A stretch of DNA of 64,000 nt, taken from positions 62,001 to 126,000 of the forward strand of contig WELA01001485.1 of assembly GCA_009602735.1 (NCBI GenBank), read 5' to 3'. The position numbers were made by a program, and so were the translations under genes. Shown here one piece after another: positions 22,101 to 34,100 of this stretch; the first letter of the stretch is position 1; every line of letters starts with the position of its first letter. Origin of the DNA: Mesotaenium endlicherianum. Taxonomy: Eukaryota. A model generated the notes under the pieces. That model saw nothing but the letters and a program-made list of their open reading frames with translations. It ran no database searches and was not told the origin of the DNA.

Positions 22101-25100
22101 GCTGGTTCTAATACCGGCACGCTTACACTCTCCGGTTATACAGGAAGCATCCTCAGCTGGCAGTCTTCTACTGATGGTGGTACCACTTGGGCCAATATTG
22201 TGAATACCACCAACACTTATACTTATAACAACCTTACCACCAGCACTTTATTCAGGGCTGTTGTACAAAACGGCGCTTGCAACACAGTGAACACACCATC
22301 TGTTGCTATTACCGTTACTCCTACTCCCGGCAGCGGCACACTCGCTGCCAATGCCGCTGTTTGTGCTGCCAGCAATAGCGGCACTCTCAACTTGACAGGC
22401 TATACCGGTACAGTAATTCGTTGGGAATCTTCTACCGACAATGGTACTACCTGGGCCAGTATCGCCAATACTACCAGCAGTTACAGCTATGCCAATATAA
22501 CTGCCACAACACTTTACAGGGCTGTTGTACAAAGTGGTAATTGCGGGATCGTTAATTCCAATAATGTTACCATTACCGTAAACCCGCAAACAGTTGCCGG
22601 CACACTCGCTGCCGGTAACACTGTTTGTGCTACAGCAAACACCGGCACCCTTACACTCTCCGGCTATACAGGAAGCATCCTCAACTGGCAGTCTTCTACC
22701 GATAATGGAGCTACCTGGACTAATATTGCCAACACTACTGCGAACTATACTTACAACAACCTCGCTGCTACCACCCTGTTCAGAGCGCAGGTACAAAGCG
22801 GTGTTTGTAATAACATCAGCTCCAACACCGTTACTATTACTGTGATGCAACCTGTAACAGTTGCCAATGCCGGCTCCAACCAAACATTGTGCAATGTTAC
22901 TTCTACTACCATGGCTGCCAATGCGCCCTTATCCGGCACTGGCACCTGGACACAAGTATCCGGTCCTACTACGGCCAGTTTTACCAATGCGAATAATCCT
23001 TTCACCACTGTCAATAATTTAATACCCGGTACTTATCAATTCCAGTGGACCATTACCAACAACCCTTGCACTGCTTCACAAAGCACCGTACAGGTTCATA
23101 TCGATCCGGCAACAGTTCCCGGTACATTGGCATCGCCTGCCACTGTTTGTGCCGTTTCCAACACTGGCACCCTTACACTTTCAGGCTATACCTCAACCAT
23201 TCTGAACTGGCAATCTTCTGTCGACAACGGAACTACCTGGACAAACATTACCAATACTACTGCGAACTATACCTACAATAACCTGACGGCTACTACACTC
23301 TTCAGAGCGCAGGTACAGAGCGGCAGTTGTGCAGCCCAGTATTCCAATAATGTAGCCATCACAGTTGCACAGGCAGTAACACCTTCCAATGCCGGTCCTA
23401 ACCAGGCACTTTGCAATGTTACTTCTACCACCATGGCTGCTACAGCCGCGACTTCAGGTACCGGTACCTGGACGATGGTATCCGGGCCTTCTGCGGCCAG
23501 CTTCACCGACAGCCATAATCCTTTTACTACTGTAAACAATTTAACCAGCGGTGTCTACCAATTCCAATGGGCTGTTTCCAACGGTGTTTGCGCTTCTTCA
23601 CAAAGCACTGTGCAGGTAAGCATCGATCCGCAAACCGTTCCCGGATCACTGGCATCACCTGCCACTGTTTGTGCCACTTCCAATACCGGTATATTGACGC
23701 TCTCCGGTTATACGACTACTATATTGAAATGGCAGTCTTCTGTTGACAATGGCACTACCTGGACCGACATTGCCAATACCGCCAATACCTATACTTATAA
23801 TAACCTTACTGCTACCACTCTCTTCAGGGCTTCGGTAAAAAGTGGTGCCTGCGCAGCGCAAAACTCAAACAATGTTGCCATCACAGTGTTGCAAACGGTA
23901 ACGCCTTCTGCTGCTGGAAGTGATCAGCAACTCTGTAATGTCACCTCCGCTACGATGGCCGCTAATGCACCTACATCAGGTACCGGAACCTGGAGTATGG
24001 TAACCGGACCCACTATCGCCAGCTTCACCGATAGCCACAATCCCAATACTACGGTGAACAACCTTGGCTTCGGAACCTATCAGTTCAAATGGACTATTTC
24101 AAATGGATACTGCGCCAGCTCTCAATCTACCGTTAATGTTACCATCAATACACCCAGTGTTCCCGGTACATTAGCCGCCAATGCCACTGTGTGTGCCACC
24201 GCCAATAACGGCACATTAACACTCAGCGGTTACAGTACCAATATACTTCGTTGGGAATCTTCTACCGACAACGGCACTACCTGGATCAACATCGCCAATG
24301 CCGGCAACAATACTTATACTTATAATAACCTTACTACCACTACACAATACAGGGCATTTGTACAAAATACAGTTTGTCCTGCGGCCTATTCAAATGCAGC
24401 CATCATTACCGTGTTCCAGCCGGTTACAGCATCCAATGCAGGACCTGCCCAAACATTGTGTAACGTTAGTTCTGCAACACTCGCAGCCAATGCGCCCACA
24501 TCGGGTACAGGTACCTGGACAAAGGCTTCCGGTCCTACTGCTGTTAGCTTTACCAACCCCAATGATCCGAATACTACTGTAAGCGGGCTTTCTACGGGTA
24601 CTTATCAGTTTGTATGGACCATCTCCAATGGTGTTTGCGCTTCTTCTCAAAGTACTGTACAAGTGAAGGTAGATGCGCTCACAGCCCCGGGCACACTCGC
24701 TTCACCTGCTACGGTTTGCGCTACTGCCAATGCAGGTACGCTTACGCTTAGCAGTTACAGTACCAATATACTTCATTGGGAATCTTCTACCGACAACGGC
24801 AATACATGGACTAACATTGCCAACACAGCCAATACTTATACCTATAACAATATTCCGGTAACAACTCTCTACAGGGTGTTGGTGAAGAATGGTGTATGCG
24901 CTTCACAGTATTCCAACAATGTAGCCATTACTGCTTTAGCGGCCGTATCAACTGCCAATGCAGGACCTGATCAGCAACTCTGTAATGTTACTGCTACTAC
25001 CATGGCTGCTACCCTGCCTACATCGGGCACCGGTACCTGGACACAGGTAAGCGGTCCTTCTACTGCAACTTATACCAACCTGCACGATCCCAATACAACT

Positions 25101-28100
25101 ATCAGCGGACTCAGTTTCGGCGCTTATCAATTCAAATGGACTGTTTCCAACGGATATTGCGCCAATTCAGAAGCTACCGTTAACATTACGGTGAACACGC
25201 CCAGCGTCCCTGGAACATTGGCTGCCAATGCTACTGTTTGTGCTACCGCCAATAACGGCACACTGACGCTCACCGGTTACAGCACCAATATCGTTCGTTG
25301 GGAATCTTCTGCCGATAATGGCAGCACATGGAGCAATATTGCCAATACTGCCGCTACCTATGCATATACCAACCTGACTGCTACTACCCTGTTCAGGGCC
25401 CTGGTACAAAACACTGTTTGTCCTGCACTCTATTCTAACCCGGTAACCGTTACCGTATTCCAACCGGTTACTGTTTCCAATGCAGGGCCTAATCAAATAC
25501 TTTGTAATGTAACCTCCGCTACACTGGCAGGTAACACGCCCACATCGGGCAGCGGAACCTGGACAAAGGTTTCCGGCCCCACTGCAGTTAGCTTCACAAA
25601 CCCCAATAGTGCAACCACTACTGTAAGCGGACTTGCAGCCGGTACCTATATACTTCAGTGGACCATTTCCAACGGCGTGTGCGCTTCCAGTCAAAGTACT
25701 GTACAGATAGAAGTTGATCCACCCACCATACCTGGTACGCTGGCATCGCCCGCTACTGTTTGCGCTACTGCTAATGCAGGAACACTTACACTATCAGGTT
25801 ACAGTTCCAGCATACTGCATTGGGAGTCTTCCATAGATAATGGGAATACATGGGGAGCTATTGTTAACACCAGCAATACCTATACATACAACAACTTAAC
25901 AACTACTACTTTGTTCAGGGCCTCTGTTAAAAGCGGTTCTTGTGCAGCACAATATTCAAATAATGTAGCCGTTACGGTTGCACCTGCGGTTACTACCGCC
26001 AATGCCGGCGCCAATCAAACACTCTGTAATGTAACGGCCATCACACTGGCAGGAAACATTCCCACATCCGGCACCGGCACCTGGAGCAAAATTTCCGGTC
26101 CTACTGCGGTTACCTTCACCAATGCCAATGATCCCAATACTACTGTCAACGGATTAACAACCGGCACCTATCAGTTCCAGTGGACCATTTCAAATGGCGT
26201 CTGCGCTTCCAGCCAAAGTACCGTACAGGTTCAGATCGATCCGGCAACTGTTACAGGCACACTGGCAACGCCTGCTTCTGTATGTGCTACCAGCAATGCA
26301 GGAACGCTTACCTTATCTGGTTATACCTCGTCCATTCTGAAATGGCAGTCTTCTGTGGATAATGGCAACACCTGGTTGGATATAGCCAACACCAATAATA
26401 CTTATACTTACAATAACCTCACCCAAAGTACATTGTACAGGGCTTCTGTGAAGAGTGGTGTTTGTGCCGCGCAGTATTCCAACAATGTAGCCATTACGGT
26501 GTTGCAAGCTGTGACTGCCGCCAATGCCGGTCCCGACCAACAACTCTGTAATGTTACCTCTGCAACACTGGCGGGTAATACACCCAGTTCCGGTACAGGT
26601 ACATGGTCTTTCGTGAGCGGGCCTTCTGCCGTTACATTCACCAATCCGAATAATCCAACTACTACGGTATATGGCTTAACAACAGGAAGCTATCAGTTGC
26701 GCTGGACTATTTCCAATGGACCTTGTGCAGTTTCACAAAGTGTGATGAACATCACTGTATTTGCACCAAGCGCTCCTGGCACACTGGCTTCCGATGCCAC
26801 CGTATGTGCTACAGCCAATGGCGGCACGGTTTCTCTCAGTGGTTACAGCACCAATATACTGCGTTGGGAATCTTCTATTGATAATGGCAATACCTGGAGC
26901 AATATTGCCAATACAGCCAATACTTATAACTACAGCAATCTTACTACCACTACCAAATACAGGGCATTGGTACAAAATGGCATCTGCCCGGCGTTGTATT
27001 CCAATCTGGTTACGGTAAATGTGATTCAGCCGGTATCAGCCGCCAATGCAGGGCCCAATCAAAACATCACTTTTATTTTTGCCAGTGCACAACTGAATGC
27101 GGTTCCTCCAACGTCAGGCACCGGTCAATGGTCTCAATTATCTGGTCCAACTAATGTCGGCTTCGTGAATACTGCCGATCCTAAGACTACTATTACAGGA
27201 CTCACTTATATTGCCGGTCCGCCCGCTTCAAATGGCGTGTATACATTCCGCTGGACTGTATCTAACGGTGTATGTGCTAATTCTTATGCCGATATGACCA
27301 TTACTGTTGCACCGCCCACCAATCCTGGTGTGATTGGTCCCGACCAGGTGGTTTGCAGAGGTGTAAATCACGGCACACTTACTTTAACCGGATACGATGG
27401 AACCATCCTGCAGTGGGAAGATTCAACAAGCACCACAACCTGGCAGCCAATCGCTAGTACGGTTGGCGCTAATACACCTACCTATACATTCAATAACCTG
27501 CTTGTAACCACATACTACAGGGCATTGGTACAAAAATCAGGCGGACAGGCATTGTATTCAGGTGTTTCGGCTACCATTACAGTAGTGCAACCGGTAACCC
27601 CTTCCAATGCAGGACCCGATCAGAGCCTTTGCAGTACCAGCACCACAACATTGGCAGGCAACACGCCAACGCAAGGCACCGGTAAATGGACACAGACAGG
27701 CGGATCGCCCGCTACTATTGTAAACCTGCTCGACCCGAATACTGTTGTAAACGGATTGGCCGTAGGTACTTACCAGTTTGCATGGACCATCTCCAATGGC
27801 ATTTGTGCTGATTCAAAAACCTTTGTGAATGTTACGGTGCATCCGCTCACTGTTCCCGGAAACCTGGTAACGCCTTCTACCGTTTGTGCCAATGTAAACA
27901 ACGGTAACCTCAGCCTGAGCGGTTATACCGGCAGCATTCTCAAATGGCAGTCTTCTACCGATAATGGTACTACCTGGGCCGATATCGCTAACATCACTGC
28001 CGGTTATACTTATAACAATATATCTGCTACTACGGAGTACAGGGTGCTGGTACAGAATAGCCCCTGCCCATCGCTTTATTCTAATATCGTTACCATTCTT

Positions 28101-31100
28101 GCATTACCTGCTGTTACCACTGCTCATGCAGGACCTGCGCAGGATCTCTGTAATGTAAGCTCTGCTACACTAGCGGGTAACACACCTACATCAGGCACAG
28201 GTACCTGGTCATTCGTAAGCGGACCTTCTACGGTTACTTTCAACGATATACATAATCCTACAACCGATGTATACGGATTAGTACAGGGTACTTATAAATT
28301 GATGTTTACCATCTCTAATGCGCTGTGTACACCTTCAACAGATGTTGTAACGATCAATGTTCATCCGCCTACTGTGGCAGGTTCACTGGCTGCACCGGCT
28401 ACCGTGTGTGCCACTTCCAATACCGGCACACTCAATCTCACCGGTTATACAGGTATCATCAACAAATGGCAATCTTCTACCAATAATGGCGCTACCTGGA
28501 CTGATATCTCCAACACCACTGCCAACTATACTTACAGCAACCTTACTACTAATACACAATTCAGAGCCGAGGTGCAAAACTCGGCTTGTCCTTCACTTGT
28601 TTCCAATGTGGTAGCGATTACCGTGATACAACCGGTGACCACTGCTAATGCAGGACCTGATCAACAACTCTGTAATGTAGCTTCCACAACACTCGCTGGT
28701 AACAACCCAACTTCCGGTACTGGTATCTGGACACAGGTAAGTGGACCTTCTACCGCCAGCTTCACCAATCCTAATGCTTACAACACCACCGTGAATAGTC
28801 TTGTTGTGGGCACTTATGTATTCCAGTGGACCATCTCCAATAATACCTGCGCCAGCTCACAGTCAACTATGAAAGTGACTGTAAATGCCGCTACAGTTGC
28901 CGGCACACTGGCTGCACCCGCTACGGCGTGTGCTACCTCCAACACCGGTACACTCAACCTTACCGGTTATGCAGGCACTATCAACAAATGGCAATCTTCT
29001 ATTGACAATGGTACTACCTGGATAGATATCACTAATACTACCGCTTCTTATAATTATACAAACCTCACTGCCACTACCTTGTTCAGGGCTCAGGTACAGA
29101 ATACGGTTTGTCCCGCATTGCCTTCCAACAATGTAACCATTACCATACTCCAACCGGTAACTACTGCCAACGCAGGACCTGATCAACAACTCTGTAATAC
29201 TACTTCTACCAGTTTGGCTGGTAATGTACCCAGTTCCGGTACTGGTACCTGGTCACAGGTAAGCGGACCTTCTACTGGTTCTTTTGTCAATAATACCGAT
29301 CCGCATACGGTTGTTAATGGTCTTACTGTGGGCACTTATACATTCCAATGGACCATCTCCAACAGTACTTGTGCCAACTCGCAATCAACTGTAAAAATAA
29401 CCGTATATCCTGCTACTGTTGCAGGCTCATTGGTTGCACCGGCTACCGTATGTGCTACTTCCAATACCGGTACACTCAATCTCACAGGCAATACTGGCAA
29501 CATTAACAAATGGCAATCTTCTATCGATAACGGTACTACCTGGACCAATATCACTAATACTACTGCCAACTATACTTACAACAATCTTACTACTAGTACC
29601 CAGTTCAGAGCTGAGGTGCAAAACGCTGTATGTCCCGCACTGGTTTCCAATGTAGTGACCATTACGGTGATACAGCCGGTAACCACTGCTAATGCGGGAC
29701 CTGATCAGCAACTTTGTAATGTAGCTTCCGCTACACTCGCCGGTAACAATCCGGCTTCCGGTACTGGTACCTGGACACAGATAAGCGGACCTTCTACCGC
29801 AAGCTTTACCAATCCGAATGCTTACAATACTACTGTTAGCGGTCTTGCTACCGGTACTTACCAGTTCCAGTGGACCATCTCCAATAATACCTGTGCCAGC
29901 TCGCAATCAACCATGAAAGTAACTGTGTATGCTGCTACGGTTGCCGGCACACTCGCTGCACCTGCGACTGTGTGTGCTACTTCCAACAACGGCACGCTCA
30001 ACCTCACAGGTTATACGGGCACCATCAACAAATGGGAATACTCTATTAATAATGGTTCTACCTGGACAGCTATTGCGAACACCACTGCCAGTTACACTTA
30101 CAATAACCTTACTGCCAATACGCAGTTCAGGGCAGAAGTACAGAATGCGGTTTGTCCTGCGCTGATTTCTACTGCAGTAACTATTACCGTGCTTCAGCCG
30201 GTAACCACTGCCAATGCAGGAAGCGATCAGCAACTCTGTAATGTAAGTTCTGCTAAGCTCAGCGCTAATACACCTACTTCCGGTACAGGTACCTGGAGCA
30301 TGGTAAGTGGTCCCGCTGCTGTTACCTTTACCAACCCGAACGACCCGGCTACCACCGTGAATGGATTGCAGGCAGGCACTTACCAACTGGCATGGACCAT
30401 TTCCAACGCAGCCTGTGCGCAGTCAACCGCTACCATGAAGATCACCGTGTATGCTGCTACGGTTGCCGGCTCACTCGCTGCACCTGCAACTGTGTGTGCT
30501 ACCGCCAATACCGGCACACTCAACCTCACAGGTTATACAGGCAACATCAACAAATGGCAATCTTCCGTCGATAATGGCACTACCTGGGCAGATATCGCCA
30601 ATACCACCGCCAACCTCACTTACAACAACCTGAATACTACCACCCAATTCAGGGCACAGGTGCAAAACGGCGCTTGCCTGGTATTGGCTTCAGGTCCGGT
30701 TACTATTACCGTACTGCAACCGGTTACCACTGCCAATGCAGGACCCGATCAGCAACTCTGTAATGTAGCTTCCGTCACACTTGCAGGTAACAATCCGGCT
30801 TCCGGTACTGGTACCTGGACACAGATAAGCGGACCTTCTACCGCAAGCTTTACCAATCCGAATGCTTACAATACTACTGTTAGCGGTCTTGCTACCGGTA
30901 CTTACCAGTTCCAGTGGACCATCTCCAATAATACCTGTGCCAGTTCACAGTCAACCATGAAAGTAACCGTGTATGCTGCTACGGTTGCCGGCACACTTGC
31001 TGCACCCGCTACCGTGTGCGCTACTGCCAACACCGGTACACTTAACCTCACCGGCAATAAAGGCGCTGTTAATAAATGGCAATCTTCTATTGACAACGGC

Positions 31101-34100
31101 AATACCTGGTCAGATATCGCCAATACCGCTGCCAACTTCACGTACAACAACCTGAACACTACCACTCAATTCAGGGTGCAAGTGCAGAATGTTGTTTGCC
31201 CAGCATTGGTTTCCACTGCAGTAACTATTACCGTGCTTCAGCCGGTAACCACTGCTAATGCAGGAAGCGATCAACAACTCTGTAATGTAACTTCGGCTAA
31301 GCTCAATGCTAATACACCTGCTTCCGGTACAGGTACCTGGAGCATGGTGAGTGGTCCGGCTGTTATCAGCTTTACCAATCCCAACGACCCGGCTACCACC
31401 GTGAATGGATTGCAGGCAGGCACTTACCAATTGGCATGGACCATTTCCAACGCAGCCTGTGCGCAGTCATCTGCTACCATGAAGATCACCGTATATGCTG
31501 CTACGGTTGCTGGCTCACTTGCTGCACCCGCAACTGTGTGTGCTACAGCTAATACCGGTAACCTCAACCTCTCAGGTTATACAGGTTCCATCAACAAATG
31601 GCAGTCTTCTACTGATAATGGTACTACATGGACAGATATCGCCTTTACCGGCGCCGGTTATACTTACAACAATCTTACAGCTACCACCCAATTCAGGGCA
31701 CAGGTGCAAAATGGTGTTTGTTTAACACAAACTTCCGGTCTGGTTACCATTACTGTACTGCAACCTGTTACTACTGCGCATGCGGGTCCTGCGCAGAACC
31801 TCTGTAATGTATCTGTTACCCGGTTGGCAGCCAATACGCCTTCTTCCGGAACAGGTACCTGGTCGTTGATCAGCGGTCCGTCTGTTGTGGTATTCTCCAA
31901 TGTAAATGACGCTACTGCTACAGTAAGCGGTCTCCAGCCCGGCACATACAAATTCGCCTGGAATATTTCCAACGGATCCTGTGCCGATTCTAAAGATTCA
32001 GTAGCCGTTACCGTATTTGCATTGTCTAATGGCGGCAAGCTGGCGCCGGATGCTTTCGCTTGTGTAACAGGAAATGCAGGCAAGCTGCAAGTGGCAGGTT
32101 ACACCGGCAATATTGTTCGTTGGGAAATTTCAACCGACAGCGGTACCACCTGGAACAGCACCAGCAACGTGGCTGCTACTTACAACTACAACAATCTGTT
32201 GACCACCACCCAGTTCAGGGTACTGGTGCAGAATGGTCCTTGCAGCATAGCATACAGCAATATTGCCACCATCAATGTGAGACCGGCTTCTGTGGGCGGT
32301 AAACTAAATTCAGCCAGCAGTGCGGTTTGCGCCACAGCCAATATCGACAGCCTCCGCCTAACCGGTTACACAGGCGTGGTACAACATTGGGAATATTCTA
32401 CTGATAAAGGCGTCAGCTGGACCAGCTTCATCAACAGCGAGGATAAATACACTTATACCAACCTTACTACTACCACCTGGTTCAGGGTGCTGGTACAGAG
32501 CAGTGTATGCTCCAGTGCCTATTCAGACACCTTCGTTATACGGGTTGATTCTGCTACAGTAGCGGGTCAACTGGCCAGCGATGCAGTGGTTTGTTATAAT
32601 GCCAATAATGGTTCCATCAAATTGTCGGGCAGAACCGGATCTGTGCTTCGCTGGGAATTTTCTACCGACAGTACCCATAGCTGGAATGCGCTCAACAACA
32701 ATACAAGCGATGTTCAGCAGTATAATAATCTCCTCACCACTACCTGGTACAGAACATGGGTTCAGAACGGCGCTTGCGCCTCCATGCCTACCAATGTGGT
32801 TACCATTACCACCATGCAGCCGGTAACCATTGCACATGCAGGTCCCAATCAATTGCTTTGCGATGGCAGCAGCCGTGTAACACTGGCTGCCAACCTTCCC
32901 ACATCGGGTGTTGGAAAATGGAGCATGGCTTCTGGTCCTTCTACGCCTTCATTCCTGAATGTACTGTCTCCCGCCACAGATGTATCGGGTCTGCAAAAAG
33001 GTGTTTATAAATTTGTATGGACCATCGCCAATGATGTATGTAACAGTTCATCCGATACCGTTACCATTACCATCGACAAACTGCAAACCGGATTCAGGTT
33101 GAGCGCCATCAATGATTGCGGTAAAACAACTTTCTTCTTTACCGATACTACCAGCACAAGCTTTGGTATCCTGAGCTGGAAATGGTACACACCGGGTGTA
33201 GGAGGAGATACCGTTCGAACCAGGAACAACAGCATCGTATACACTGCCGACGGTATGCAGAGCATCGCTCTTACCGTTCAAAGCAATAGTGGATGCGTTA
33301 ATACCCGTCAGGCAAATTATAAAGTAACCGTGTTCGATTTCCCGCAGGCCAATATCAATGCCGTAACGGAAATATGTAAAACACAGTTCATGAGGGTATC
33401 GCCCGATGTGCACTCGAAAGATTCCATTGCTTATTTCTTGTGGAACCTGGGCAACGGTAAAAAATCCCTCGACAGTGTTGTGACTGTGCAATATGTAGAA
33501 GATGGCTATTACACTGTTAAGCTCACAGTGGCTACCATCAACCGTTGCTTCGATTCTGCTTTCAAAGCCATCACCGTTCACCCCATCCCTGCTGTTACGA
33601 TCACCAGCAGCACCAATGTGTGCAAGGGTGATACGGCTACCCTCAAAGCAGATGGTGCTGCCAGCTATATCTGGAGCGATCAGAACAATAATATCCTTTG
33701 CAGCAACTGCCAGGTATTGAAGGTACAGCCCGGCTCCAGCTCACAATACAAAGTGGTTGGTGTAAGCCAGTATGGATGTAGTGAGATCCAGACAACTAAC
33801 CTGCACCTCGTGCAGCCGTTGAAGATGCTGGCGGCTAAAGGAGACACCATCTGTTTCGGCCAGTCGAAACAATTATTCGCTGCCGGTGCCAACTCCTATA
33901 CCTGGTACCCTGAAACAGCATTGAGTAATAAGAATGCTGCAACACCAGTTGCAAGTCCTGATCAAACCACTACTTATCATGTGATCGGTAAAGACCAGTA
34001 CGGATGTTTCGCCGATACTGCCGAAGTGAAAATGGTAGTAGGTCGCCCCACAGCCATTCACATTGGAAAAGACACGGTAATGTCGGCAGGTGATGTACTG

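Noticed and set aside
21801..33075. Regular repeats as a possible CRISPR array or mobile element
   Set aside because: The repeats are in-frame 522-bp coding units with synonymous variation. There are no spacers, cas genes or transposases.
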